DNA from: a virus | IMG/VR virus record: IMGVR_UViG_3300050821_013777 | Coordinates: 32,001 to 96,000 of that record | Length of the DNA: 64,000 nt | Reading direction: 5' to 3' (one strand) | In this document: positions 16,687 through 28,146 of the stretch, one piece after another | Position numbering within the stretch: the first letter of the stretch is position 1 | How the letters are laid out: each line of letters begins with the position of its first letter | Program-made: the position numbers and the translations under genes | The notes under the pieces: generated by a model | Databases searched by the model: none | What the model was told of the DNA's origin: nothing | Seen by the model: only the letters and a program-made list of their open reading frames with translations

Positions 16687-19600
16687 ATGCCGCGGAAAAC
16701 GAAGTCGGTCAAGAGGGGGAGAACGAACCCCATTCGCGAGAGCATCCAAAGGGCTCTCGCCGATGCCGGGCTCCGCAACGACGCCCTCCAGCTCGTCGAG
16801 CAGCTCGCGCTGTACTGGATCACTGAAGGCACGTCCGGCGACGAGCCCGGTGCCGCGAAGGGAGCCTACGAGCGACTGGCGCGCCACGGGTACACGTTGA
16901 ACAGCACCAGGACGCTGCTGTACCGCCCAGATGGAAGCGAGGTGGTGCGATGAAGCGGAAGGCGCATTCAGGCGTGAAGGGCAAGCCGCGGGTCGATTGG
17001 CGCTGTTCGCACGGCAATCGGATCACACCTGGCAGCGACGGCCCCTGCGGCTGTCACGTGATTGCCGACTCGGTAGTCCTGCAGGTGAAGTTCGAGAAGC
17101 TCGTCGCGGAGGCTGCGCGCCGCGGGATCGCTGTTGTCGCTGACTCCGACGCCATGGCGCTCAGCCTCCGCGACGTCGTAGATCGCGGCGACGATCTTCG
17201 CCGGCTCGGCGACATCGTGCAGGTGCACGGCGCTTGCGGAGGCATGACCGGTAGCGGTGGCGGCCACCCACACGGAGTGTATTGATGGGCTGGATTTCTG
17301 ACCGCCACATGAAACGCGGCGGATCAATCGGGCCCGGCGGTCTCGGCGCCGACAAGAGGGGCGCGCCGCTGCGCAAGGTCGTCGCCAATCTCACCGGCTA
17401 CCTCAATATGTTCCAGGCAGATACGGTGCTGCTGGAATGCGGGCACGAGGGGAAGTCCTGGGGCGGTAGCCGCGCTCGTTGCGTGAAGTGCAAACAGCTC
17501 GCTGCTGCGGCGAAGGGGAACATCTGATGGCAAAGAAGAGACCGACCAAAGGAGTGCGCGACCAGCAGGAATTCTGTCCGGTCCGCGACAATCTCGGCGT
17601 CCAGTGTGAGCGCGAGTCCGACCACGAAGGCAAGCACGCCTATGACTTGGCGACTGGCGGCTCACACCAGTGGTCGGGCGGCCTCATTCCTCTCAGCGTG
17701 TATGCTGCGCTTGAGGCACGCACCGGGCTAGTCGTCTCCGATTTGTTGTACCTTGCCCGCACCGCAATGCCCGATACCTGCTTCGCTACTAACGACCGGG
17801 TGCGCCGCGGGCAGAAGCTCCTGGAGATGGTCGGGTGGAAGGCGGTTCGATGATCGCCAAGCACGATCCGAGTGACGGGAGGGTGCACGTACGGACGCGT
17901 GGCGCACCGATCAACGCTGCGCTGTGCGGGAAAACGGGACAGACCACCGTCAGCTCGGCATCCGGCTGGTGGGGACCTGACGGCAAGGGATGGTCCGATG
18001 TCTGTCGCGAATGTCACCGCGTCGAGCACAAGCTGAAGGACGTGGTCTCGTGATCCCCGGCCAGCGCTGCACGCGCGTAGCGGAACACAAGGGCCAGCAC
18101 AGTCACGCTCTGGCTGAGGATGTCGATTGGGTGTTCTTCTTTGGGAAGCATGAACGCTGCACGTACGTCGAGCCGCCAGAGCAAGGCGCACCGGAGGGGT
18201 TGATGAGCGTGCCGATGCCAGCGCTCCAACCGGCTCCAGCCCCATCGTTGGAGGAGGCGCTCGCGCGCCTTCGCAGCGCCGGCTGGATGGTCGCCGTGCA
18301 CAACGACTACCGCCAGGACGGCAAGCTGATGACGTTCTGGCTCTTCACGCGCGCCGACGAGACCGGGAAGATGGTTGCCGTCAAAGGCGAAGGTCCCACC
18401 GATGACGAAGCGCTGGCACAGGTGTACCGGCAGGTGACGGGACGATGAGGAATCGCAGTCTCGGCTACCTGCCGCTCGGCACCAGCAAGCTGCCCATTCA
18501 GATCGAATGGACACCCCGCGGGCACGCGAACGTCAAGCCGGCGAAGTGCCCTGACCATCCACGCGCTGGTCAAGTCGCCGACCTAACGATGAGGCGGCTA
18601 ACGATCTCGTGCTTCGCTTGCACGCAAGTGCTGCTTATCGTCCCTGGACCTTTTCGCGTAATAGGGAGCGAGTGATGAAGAAGACCAAAGAGAAGCCCAC
18701 CTGGACGAAGCGTGACTGGACGCCCGTCCGCAACGGCGACGCCTACTGCTCTCCGGCGTGCGGCGGCGGTCCGGTCGTCTGCTCGATCAAACGCTACGAG
18801 CACGCTGTCGATGTCGCCAACGAAGTCGCACGCGATCTCGGGCCAGGTTGGAAGCCTGTTGTGACTGAGAATCTCGGGTGGCACGCCCGCGTGTTCTCTC
18901 CTTGCGGGCGCATCAGTATCTCGTTGCCGACGCTGCCCAATGATAGCGGGTACACAGCCTTCCTCGGACCGAAAGAGATCCAGCCCGCCGGCAAGTGGGC
19001 CGAGCATGGACGCACGCCGCGAAAGGCGATCGAGAACGTGCTGAACGCCGCACGCCACGACCTCGGGCTGATCGAGAAGACGATCACAGGTCTGGAGATT
19101 CCGGTCGCACGCCAAAGGAGAGTGACTGCGTGAGCCGCTTACCCGGCAAGAAGATCCGTACCGAGCGATTCAAGCTCAAAAGCGGCAAGGTCGTGGACCT
19201 GGAGCTGCGCCTGCTGGACGATGGTCAGTTCTACATGCAGGTCGAGCGGACCGGCTACCGCAGCGCGAAGCTGGAAGACCTGCGTGCGGAGGTGAGGCCC
19301 CTGCTGGAAGCGACCAACACCATCGCCTGGCGTCCTGTCATCGTCGTCCACTACAGCAAGCCGGGCGAGGACGGGCAGCACTGGATCAATGGTAATCACG
19401 TCGACAAGACCTACGTCACCATCGGCTTCAACGCCGGCTGGATGTCGACTGAGCCAATGGACGACGTGCAGCACCGCTGGCAGTCAGCTGATCCGGATGA
19501 GAAGACCCACGAACTGCCGCCGCTCGATAGCGACTGGAAGAAGAGCTACATCTACCCGGACAACACGCTGCCGTTCACGCCGGATCGTTGGCGGACGCTG

Positions 19601-21603
19601 CTCAAGATCCAAGCCGGGCTCATCGACATTCAAGCGAAGATCGCCGAACTGATGGAAGACGCGACCGGCGCCAAGCTCGATGCGGTGGCGCTGCCCCAGC
19701 TGCTTGAGGCCGTGCCGACCAAGAAAGCGAGAGGACAGTGAGAGAGAACCCGGACGACGAACGACTGTGCATCCGCCTACAGCCCATCGAGGACGGCAAG
19801 TGGATGTGGAATGTTGGCTACCCGCACGGCATCACCTACGAGCACGGCGAGTCGGACAGCCCCGAGAACGCTCTCGCCACGGCGAAGGTCGCGTTGCGCC
19901 TGCTGAGCACGAAGCGATGACCTCCAAATACTTCCCGCCGCAGAACGCGATCAAGACGGGGCGCAACCGAAAGGTCGAGATCACCGTGACCAAGGAGAAG
20001 CGCGGGCGGGTGCCCGATGATGTCACAGCCGAACGGCTCGCCGCGGCCGGCATCATCAGCTCCGACCCGAACGCCAAGCGCGCAAAGTCCGCTGGCAGCT
20101 CCCCTGCGCTGCGCATCGCCTGCCCGGTGTGCGACGCGCCGGCCGGTTCCTACTGCACGAAGCTGGTGGACTACAAACCCGTGCAGCAGACCATCGCCCA
20201 CAAGCGGCGGCGCGAGGAAGAGGAGCGAACGCGATGACCGATAAAGCCCCGAACAAGCCCGTCAAGATCTTCGCCGTCCACACCCGCCTGTACGCGCTCG
20301 ACAGCGACCATCGGTTGTGGCTGTTCGTGTACGGCCGGTGGGAGCGACTCAAGGCGCCGGAGAACGACGTGGGCGAGGAGCTGGCGATCGCAGCGTTCAC
20401 GGCGTCGTACGTTCGTGACGACGTGTGGAGCGGATTCACCGAGTACGCACTCCTGTTCGACGGTCGACTGTTCGAGTCGCACGAGACCTCCGGTACCTGG
20501 TGCGAGATCACGTGATGGCGATAAACGAAGACAAGACCCCTCGCATCTGCGACACCTGCCCTTGGCGCGTAGTGAACCACGGCAAGCCGCACCCCGCCGG
20601 CTGGTATCGCCTATCGAACCTGAAGCGCCTGTGGGCGGGCCTGCGATCCGGGCGGGCGCCTGGCATGATCTGCCACAGCACCGATTCGAAGAATACCGAG
20701 TACGGTGGCGACGCTCCGATCAAGCCGGGGCACGAGATGGAATGCGGTGGAGCGCTCTATCTGCTCATTCGCAACGTCAATGCTGTCGGCGCCGGGCAGC
20801 CGCAGCCAATCCAGCCGCCGCTCACGAAGCGCTGCATTGGCAGGCTCGTGGAGCGGCACATGTTCGGTGGAGGGGTAGCGGTCATCCCCCGGCGAACGTA
20901 GACGACGTCGGCGTGCCATGGAAGGCGGGGGGCTGATGTCTGGCTCGAACGCAGGAACCGGCTGGCCACTGACGTTGCGCTGCGCGAAGTGCAAGCGCGG
21001 TCGGGACTGGCGCCGCTCCGATACGAACGACACTCATCTCATTCGCACGGGGCGAACGAGGCCGTACACAGGAGGCAACTGCGGCGCGCGAGGGCTCAAC
21101 ACCTTTCACGAGTACGCGTGCGCAGTATGTGGCCATGTCGGCTGGAGTCGCCACAACGACGTCGCACAAAAGCCCCTCGCCCACTACGTCGAGATTGTCG
21201 AGATTGCAACAGGCAAGGTCGAGCGGCGTATGGGACCAATGGCAGAGGCCAAGGCTGAGAAGGTCGAGCGTGGGGCGATTCTGCGTATTAGCGACGACTT
21301 CACGACGCGCACCGGGACAGCTGCAGCGCTGGCGAAGGAAGCAGCGCGATGACCAAGCACCTCGACGTGGCCGGCGACACCTATGCAGACATCGTCGTCT
21401 GGCGCTGGGAACGCGCGCGGATGCGCTGGGTATCGAGCCTACGCGATGGCACCGAACTTGTAGTTGCCCTCCAGCGGTTTGGGCGTCGGTCGTTCTGGAA
21501 TCCTTCGATCGACGGGACAGCACTGCCTGACAACGGATTTCACGATCCGGAGGCAGCACAGAAAGCTGCGTTCGCTGCGTGGGAACAGAAGGTCAGTCGC
21601 TGA
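16687..21603 (+). other. operon of about 15 translationally coupled small hypothetical genes, many with CxxC motifs (approx. 16687-16953, 16950-17285, 17285-17527, 17527-17853, 17850-18053, 18050-18448, 18445-18675, 18675-19133, 19130-19741, 19738-19920, 19917-20237, 20234-20515, 20515-20901, 20936-21352, 21349-21603)
   Basis: Nearly continuous ATGA/GTGA/TGATG overlaps; typical phage early accessory region. Confidence 0.7.
20515..20901 (+). CDS. DUF6283-like Cys-rich protein
   Basis: CDTCPWR...MICHST...ECGG motifs. Confidence 0.55.
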   Translation: MAINEDKTPRICDTCPWRVVNHGKPHPAGWYRLSNLKRLWAGLRSGRAPGMICHSTDSKNTEYGGDAPIKPGHEMECGGALYLLIRNVNAVGAGQPQPIQPPLTKRCIGRLVERHMFGGGVAVIPRRT

Positions 21604-22310
21604 TGCCCAAAACAGACCACCTCGCGATCCTGCAGACGCACGAGATGAAGCCGATTATGGATGTCGCGCGCGCCGCAGGCCCCCTCGCCTTCGCGCTCAC
21701 CGCCTGGTGCTACGAATTCGGCGCGCGCACTGCGGAGCCCGGCCTGCAGCTGCTCAAGGACGTCGACATGCGCATCGGCCGCGCCCGCCCGGCGCACCTC
21801 AAAGCCGGCAAGCCCCCCGCGTGGCACATGCTGATGCCATTCTGCCGCGAGGCGCTGCCGGCGTGGCTCGGGGAGCGCAGCTCCAGTTCCTTTCGCCCCG
21901 AGCAGGCGCCCTACCTCTTCCCGAGCCGCATCACAACAGGACGCTGCTATACCTGCGCTGGGTCCGGCCAGCGTCCCGTGCTCAAGCGCCAGGGCAAGCG
22001 CCGCTTCACCGACTCGACGGTCGAGTGCCATCACTGCAACGGTACCGGCGTGCGTTGGGGCGTCGCGCGACAGGAGGTCTACACGATCGTCTCAGGCGTG
22101 CTGAAGGCCGCCAAGGTCGACAAGTCTTGTCGGCACCCGCACGTGCTCCGACATTCGATCATCACGCACCTGCTCGACGCAGGCGTGGCTGACAAGGTGG
22201 TGCAGGACCGCGTCGGACACAAGCAGCTCAACACGACGTTGGAGTACAAGCGAATGACCGAGTCAGCGCTCGCCGAGGTCGAGGCAAAGATGTCGAAGGT
22301 GTACGGATGA
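21603..22310 (+). CDS. tyrosine recombinase/integrase catalytic domain with inserted CxxCxGxG zinc finger
   Basis: GARTAE (R), HPHVLRHS (HxxR), VGH, TTLEY (Y); CYTCAGSG and CHHCNGTG insert. Confidence 0.85.
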   Translation: MPKTDHLAILQTHEMKPIMDVARAAGPLAFALTAWCYEFGARTAEPGLQLLKDVDMRIGRARPAHLKAGKPPAWHMLMPFCREALPAWLGERSSSSFRPEQAPYLFPSRITTGRCYTCAGSGQRPVLKRQGKRRFTDSTVECHHCNGTGVRWGVARQEVYTIVSGVLKAAKVDKSCRHPHVLRHSIITHLLDAGVADKVVQDRVGHKQLNTTLEYKRMTESALAEVEAKMSKVYG

Positions 22311-22326
22311 CAAAGGAGACCCGCCC

Positions 22327-23112
22327 ATGACCACTGAACGCAAATCGCACCACCCGCTCGAAGGCGGCAGCCGCATCAGCGCCTACGCCTTTACCACGCC
22401 CGAGCTGACGCTCGTTCACGATCCGCACGATCCGCTCTACGACCATCGGATTGAGACGAGGAAGCTCACGCGCGAATTCCTCCTGTCGATCGCGATGCGC
22501 GGCGTGGAGACCCCCATCTCTGTCCGCCGCCGCGGAAGCGAGAACGTCGTCATCCGCGGCAAGCAGCGCACAAAGGGCGTTATCGTGGTCAACGCGCTCG
22601 GCCCCGGCATTCCCTATACCGGTCCGGTGAAGTCGATCCACGAGGCGATTCGCACGTACGGTGCGGATCAGGACTTCGTCAAGAAGGTCACGATGTGGGT
22701 GACCAAGCCGCTGCGCATTCGGGCTGTGCCAGCGAACGCGGGCGACGAGAAGGATGCTCGCATGTCGATGCGCGTGGAGAATTCCATGCGGTACGGCGAC
22801 GTCCGCGAGGAGACCATCCGCGCCGCGAAGGCAGAGCACGAGAAGTACGGCACGTCGGCGGAGGACATCGCTACGAGCGAAGGCGTTTCGATCGCCACAG
22901 TGAAGCGTTGGCTCGCAACGGATCTCGCGGCGCCGCGGGGCTCCAAGAAGCGCAGCAAAGGCGGCCGCCCGTCTGTCAAGCAGATCGGCAACCTCGTCGA
23001 GCGAGTACGCGCACACATGACGCCGCGCGAGGTCGCTCTCCTCGACTGGGTCACCACAGGCAAATCAGCAGAGAAGCACGTGGCCGAGCTATTCCTGGGG
23101 ACAGCTGCGTGA
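22327..23112 (+). CDS. ParB/Srx-like protein with HTH
   Basis: SIAMRGVETPISVR...VIRGKQRTK...ENSMR; HTH AEDIATSEGVSIATVKRWL. Confidence 0.75.
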   Translation: MTTERKSHHPLEGGSRISAYAFTTPELTLVHDPHDPLYDHRIETRKLTREFLLSIAMRGVETPISVRRRGSENVVIRGKQRTKGVIVVNALGPGIPYTGPVKSIHEAIRTYGADQDFVKKVTMWVTKPLRIRAVPANAGDEKDARMSMRVENSMRYGDVREETIRAAKAEHEKYGTSAEDIATSEGVSIATVKRWLATDLAAPRGSKKRSKGGRPSVKQIGNLVERVRAHMTPREVALLDWVTTGKSAEKHVAELFLGTAA

Positions 23113-24643
23113 GCGACTGGCCGTACTATACCGTGCCAGCGTTGACAGGGCTGCTGCTCGCTGCTGACGATATTCGGCTGCGGCTGCTCCGACGCGGCGA
23201 CAGGCGAGCAGCGCGCGCCGCGGAGCTGCTGGTTCGGAGCGGGGGAGCAGCAACTGCTGAGTGTTTGAACGGTAGCTGCCACGCGCTGCGATCTCCCGCT
23301 TGCTCGGACGGCCGCTGTAGACACCACTGCCGCACGAACTGCGAATGTCCGGGAAACCAATGAGACGTCGCCGACTAAAACAAGACCACTACGTGAACAT
23401 CCTCGACATCGAGAGTCGTCGTGTTCTGAAGCAGATCGGGCCGCTCGGCTCTCGTAAATTCGCCGGACGTACCGAAACTGGCATACTGCGAACGCTCGAC
23501 ACCAAGACGCAGTTCACAATAATCACTACGAAGAGGGAGCCGACTCTGTGACCGCGGCGGTATGCGCGGTGGTGTGCTTTCTCGCGCTGTGTTCAGTTGC
23601 GGTTGAGTGCGCCCGTCTGCGCAAGGCTCTTCGGCAAACAGAGCGCAAGCTCGCCGATCTCGAAACCGAGCGCGCCGAGCAGGCAGCGCGACTGCTTGCA
23701 CGTAGTGCCTCATGCGTCGCTGGTGTTGAGCTGCCAGACATAGCGGACCTGCGCTGGGTTCCGGAAAGTCAGACATTCGAAACTGGTGGCATACAAGCCA
23801 ATGAGATCGTGCTCAAGCTAGGAGACATCTTTGTAAAGATGGTCAACGGGCTTGTATATGTCGGCCCTGGACCGGCGCTGCCAGACAGCACTACCTATGG
23901 AAAAGCCGTAGTTACTTCCTACCGGAACCGTGTTGCTGCAAAGGCCAAGACATGAAAAAAGAGGTCACTGTCTGCGACGCCGAACACTGCCGCACGCTCT
24001 CGGATCGGGTCTGTCCCCTGTGCGAGAAGGACTTCTGCCGAGAGCACTTCAAGCCCATGCTGTTCGCTCGGCTCTGCGTACAGAAACCCGGCTTGCCGCA
24101 GCCAGGGCAGGCACCGTTCGCGCCAGGGCAGGAGAAGTTCGACACGCACAACGCGTTCGAGGAGCAGATCGGTATCTGCGAATGGTGCTACGGAGACTTG
24201 AATCTTGCCCAGTATGGTCCTGAGCCGAGGTCAGCGCGGAGAGATATTTTGCGGCCACTCATCAGGGGACTGAGGTCGCAGATGATCGATGCCTGCCGCG
24301 TCGCGCTCGCTACGTACAAGCTGGAAAGCAGCGGGAAGTGAGCACGCGCGATCGGCGGCGCGCCCGCGCCATCACGAAGTCGCAGCGGCAGCGCCGACAG
24401 AATAAGCCTGTCAAACGTGCAATAGAGCTGCTCGTCGCGTCGTCGCACGAACTTCCCTTCGCTGGGATCCAGACACTGCTCGTCGCGCCTGGCGAAACTG
24501 TGCGTGTGGGCGACGCGATCTACACATCGAGTGAGTATCCGAGCCGCGCGACTGCAAGGCAGCGAGGCTCAGAGTTCGAGCTAGGCGTGGCCATCGCAGC
24601 TATAGGTGACGCTGTGACCGTCCGTTTGCACCACAGGGCGTGA
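23109..24643 (+). other. five small hypothetical genes (approx. 23109-23363, 23360-23551, 23548-23955, 23952-24341, 24338-24643)
   Basis: Coupled start/stop overlaps; 23952..24341 carries Cys clusters. Confidence 0.55.
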
Positions 24644-24661
24644 CCGCGATACGATACGGGT

Positions 24662-25321
24662 GTGCTGGACACTACGCGCGCCACGGGGATCGACGTCTCG
24701 CACTGGCATCCGATCCAGGACGCAGGTGCGATTCGTGGCGCTGGCATCTCGTTCATCGGTGCGAAGATCACTAACGGGATGGGCACCGACGCCATGGCCC
24801 GGACGCACATCGCTGCGATTCGCACCCAGCCGTTCGTGCTGGCCATCTACTACCACTTCGCGATGCCGGGCGACCCGGTCAAGCAGGCGGACCACCTTCT
24901 CGACACTATCGGGCCGCTGCGGGGCAATGAGCGCCTAGCGCTCGACGTCGAGGGCGGACAGGCACCGCACCTGCCCTGGATCGTCGACTTCATGGGCGAG
25001 CTGGCTCGTACGTACACGGACCGCCGGCACATCGTCTACAGCTCGGCGCGGGTCTTGAACAGGGTGCTTGCCGGCGCGGCGTGGCCTGGTGCAGCCGCCT
25101 ACGATCTGTGGCTGCCGCGGTACTCAACAGATGAACCCGAGATTCCGTCGCCGTGGACGAGCTGGCAGTTCTGGCAATTTTCGCAGACCTACCAGTGCGA
25201 TGGTGTTGGCACCTGCGATGCGAACTACTTCTGTGGCGATATTCCTGCCCTGAAGGCATATGCAGCCCTACAACCAAGTGCCGTCGCCAGCACGACGCCT
25301 GGACCGCGCCCGGCGGGATAG
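24662..25321 (+). CDS. GH25 lysozyme (endolysin)
   Basis: GIDVSHWH, YYHF, LDVE, WQFWQFS motifs; promoter TTGCAC-18-TACGAT-6-GTG. Confidence 0.92.
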   Translation: MLDTTRATGIDVSHWHPIQDAGAIRGAGISFIGAKITNGMGTDAMARTHIAAIRTQPFVLAIYYHFAMPGDPVKQADHLLDTIGPLRGNERLALDVEGGQAPHLPWIVDFMGELARTYTDRRHIVYSSARVLNRVLAGAAWPGAAAYDLWLPRYSTDEPEIPSPWTSWQFWQFSQTYQCDGVGTCDANYFCGDIPALKAYAALQPSAVASTTPGPRPAG

Positions 25322-25801
25322 CTCAGCACTGTTTTCGGTGTTGTGGTGACGCGTGTGATCGGCCAGCGTTGTCACCTTGAGATTCCTGTATCGATTGTCC
25401 GTACGGATCTTGTTTCGATGATGCACATGTTCGTCGGGGCGTAGATACCTCCCGATGTGCTTCTCAACCACGAGACGGTGCTCCGCTACATAGCCCAGAG
25501 CATTCGCGAACGGGTGCGCAGGCTTCAAGACGTAGACATATCCGCCGTTCATCAGGACATACCCGACAGTGGGCTTTCCTGGGATGATGTACTTCCTGGT
25601 CGATCTCACTCGCGCCTCGATCGCGGCACGCGATAGCGGTCTGCCTTTCTTGACTTCGCTGATCGACCGCCGGGGAATGCTTGCTGCTCTCAGCCGATTA
25701 CTTACGGTCGTCGGTGAGACTCCAAGTTGATTAGCGACCTGGCGGAGTGTTAATTTCAGATCTAGGTATAGGCGTCTCAGCTCAACGTCGTCCACTGCCA
25801 C
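25268..25801 (-). CDS. HNH homing endonuclease with N-terminal HTH
   Basis: YVAEHRLVVEKHIGRYL...VHHRNKIRTDNRYRNL; lower GC; overlaps the lysozyme 3' end. Confidence 0.85.
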   Translation of the reverse strand: MAVDDVELRRLYLDLKLTLRQVANQLGVSPTTVSNRLRAASIPRRSISEVKKGRPLSRAAIEARVRSTRKYIIPGKPTVGYVLMNGGYVYVLKPAHPFANALGYVAEHRLVVEKHIGRYLRPDEHVHHRNKIRTDNRYRNLKVTTLADHTRHHNTENSAELSRRARSRRRAGDGTWL

Positions 25802-25816
25802 AATGTAAAGTGTAGC

Positions 25817-26029
25817 ATGCCAGCGCCCACCTACTTCCTGTCGTTCCTGTGGCGACGCGGTGGGGACGCCGTCTGGCACCCCGTCGATGCAGTGTCGGCC
25901 GAGCACCCGCTCGACTACATCAAGCGAGCGCGGCTGCACGCGAACCCCGACTACGAGTATCGGCTGCTGTTCTTCTGCGAGATCCCCCTGGACGTCTATG
26001 AGCGCCACCGGCCGCCTTCGGTCGAATAG
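25817..26029 (+). CDS. small hypothetical protein
   Basis: TAAAGT 5 nt before ATG; typical codon usage. Confidence 0.55.
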   Translation: MPAPTYFLSFLWRRGGDAVWHPVDAVSAEHPLDYIKRARLHANPDYEYRLLFFCEIPLDVYERHRPPSVE

Positions 26030-26054
26030 GGTCACTCGTGCGATACTTGCCAGG

Positions 26055-26396
26055 ATGGACCCTGCAGGCACGCCCGACTTCGGCCACCTCGCTCAGTACG
26101 GCGCCATCGGCATCGTCGCTGGCGGCCTACTGCTGCTTGTCGTCGGGATCTTCCGTCAGCTGGTAACGCACGTCCTGAAGCAGAACGAACAACGTGATGA
26201 GTACCAGCGCGAGCATGGCGCGAAGACCCTCGAATCGCTCCACGCCATCGGGCAGGGCCTGCGGGACATGCAGAACGAGCTGCGCAACTTTCGCGTCGAA
26301 GTGAGCCGCGACGTCGCCGACATGGTTCGTGACGAGGTCACGTCAGCCGGCTCGCGTGGGTACCGCACCGACAAGAAGCCACCCCGCGGCGGATAA
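26055..26396 (+). CDS. single-TM coiled-coil protein, holin-like
   Basis: LAQYGAIGIVAGGLLLLVVGIF followed by a coiled coil; near the lysozyme. Confidence 0.55.
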   Translation: MDPAGTPDFGHLAQYGAIGIVAGGLLLLVVGIFRQLVTHVLKQNEQRDEYQREHGAKTLESLHAIGQGLRDMQNELRNFRVEVSRDVADMVRDEVTSAGSRGYRTDKKPPRGG

Positions 26397-26436
26397 AAAA
26401 GTGCCCCCCTCGACCATGGACGTAATCGAGGGGGGC
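26396..26436 (-). terminator. intrinsic terminator
   Basis: GCCCCCCTCGA...TCGAGGGGGGC with an A-tract on its left side. Confidence 0.7.
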
Positions 26437-26498
26437 TGGAGGACCCGCCAGCCTGCCGTGTCGAAGGATCAAATACTAGCGCAGCGCCGCTGATGTCG

Positions 26499-26981
26499 TC
26501 AAGCCGCAGCGGCCCGGCCGACTGTCAGCTGGTCGAGCGCGGCACTGACCTCTTCGTCCTTGTCCAGAATCGCGCGGTCGATCCAGCCGCGGACGCATTC
26601 GAGGCGGTTGCCGGCGAGTCGCTCCCAGACGTAGCAGTTCGAGAGCGCAGTGCGCGTGTGCTCGTCGTTGAATTTGGCCACATCCTGGATGGCGCGCGTG
26701 ATCATGTCCTTGATCCGCGGCAAGTCCTTCGGGTCGCAGAGCACGCCGAACGGCGTTCGCAGGATACACAGGCGCGTGAGCCGCCGCGCGTAGCCAGTTG
26801 CGACGACGTCGGCGCCGCGCCGGTCATCGGAAATCTGGACCTCGCGAACGACCACGAGCTTGTCCCCGTTCTTGGCCGGCACACGCTTGGTCGACCCCGG
26901 CTGGCGGCGCACGTGCCCGGTCTCACCACCCTTGATTCGGATAGTGCCGGTGACGACGATCAGGGGCCGCAGTTCGACCAT
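26499..26981 (-). CDS. hypothetical protein
   Basis: 160 aa; TATCTT 6 nt before ATG. Confidence 0.6.
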   Translation of the reverse strand: MVELRPLIVVTGTIRIKGGETGHVRRQPGSTKRVPAKNGDKLVVVREVQISDDRRGADVVATGYARRLTRLCILRTPFGVLCDPKDLPRIKDMITRAIQDVAKFNDEHTRTALSNCYVWERLAGNRLECVRGWIDRAILDKDEEVSAALDQLTVGRAAAA

Positions 26982-27033
26982 GAGCGGAAGATAGCGTCTT
27001 GCTAGGCTCCTGGCAAGCTGCTAGGTTCCTGGC

Positions 27034-28146
27034 ATGGGCGAAAAGCCGCTGATTCCGTTCGTCGATCTGAAGCCGTACGTCGAGCTGGTGCGCAAGTCGC
27101 AGCCGTTCGAGGAGTTCGAGGAAGAGGTCATCTTCAATCTACTCGACGCTCGCGACTTCATCGGCGGCGGGCCCACCACGACGCGCTTCGAGGAAGCTCT
27201 GGCGAAGAAGCTCGACGTCAAGCATGTCATCAGCTGCGCGAACGGTACCGATGCGCTCCAGCTCGCGCTCCGCGCCTGCGGCATCGAGCGGGGCCATCGC
27301 GTGGCGATCCCGAATCTGACCTTCTGGGCCACGCTTGAAGCCGTTGTGAACGTCGGGGCCACGCCGGTGCTGCTCGACATCGATCCGGAAGACCTGCAGA
27401 TGGACCTCAACGAGTTCCTGCGTGCGCACCGTGCTCGCCACTTCGACGCGATCGTGCTCGCACATCTCTTCGGCTGGTGCTCGTCGAAGCTCTCAGAGTT
27501 TCGAGGCATCTGCCGCGACAAGCGCATCACGCTCATCGAGGATGGCGCGCAGGCGTTTGGTGTGCGGCACGAGGGTCAGAGCGTGTTCGCGGATGCTGAC
27601 GTCGCCACGTTGAGCTTCTATCCAGGCAAGGTGCTCGGCGGGATCGGTGACGGAGGCGCGGTGGTGACTCGCAGCGAGCGAATCGCCAAGCGGGTAAGGG
27701 CGCTCGCAAACCACGGTCGCGTCGACCACTTCGATCACGCCGTCGTCGGGTGGAATTCACGAATGGACGCGATCCAGGCGGCATGGCTGCTGCGTGCGCT
27801 GGAGATGAGCGACAAGGTGATCGACGGGCGAAGAGCTGCGCTGACTGAGCTGACCAAAACTGGCGGCGTTGGCTGCGATCTCGGGAACGCCTATCTCGAC
27901 GTGCGGCAGATCGACAACCCGAAGGTCGTCGCAGCGAAGCTCCGTGAACTGGGCGTCGAGGCGCGGCACGTCTACCCGCGCACGATCGCAGATCAACAGG
28001 GCGCCGCCGGCATCGCGATCCCTGTCGGAACCCTCGCGGCGAGCCGGCGCTTCTGCGAGCGGGTTATCAACCTGCCATTGTGGTACGGGATGCCCGACGA
28101 GGACGTGGAGCGCTGCTCGAACGCGTTCGAGGAGGCGATCCGGTGA
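27034..28146 (+). CDS. DegT/DnrJ/EryC1/StrS PLP-dependent sugar aminotransferase
   Basis: ANGTDALQLAL, IEDGAQAFG, SFYPGKVLGGIGDGG, NSRMDAIQAA motifs. Confidence 0.95.
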   Translation: MGEKPLIPFVDLKPYVELVRKSQPFEEFEEEVIFNLLDARDFIGGGPTTTRFEEALAKKLDVKHVISCANGTDALQLALRACGIERGHRVAIPNLTFWATLEAVVNVGATPVLLDIDPEDLQMDLNEFLRAHRARHFDAIVLAHLFGWCSSKLSEFRGICRDKRITLIEDGAQAFGVRHEGQSVFADADVATLSFYPGKVLGGIGDGGAVVTRSERIAKRVRALANHGRVDHFDHAVVGWNSRMDAIQAAWLLRALEMSDKVIDGRRAALTELTKTGGVGCDLGNAYLDVRQIDNPKVVAAKLRELGVEARHVYPRTIADQQGAAGIAIPVGTLAASRRFCERVINLPLWYGMPDEDVERCSNAFEEAIR

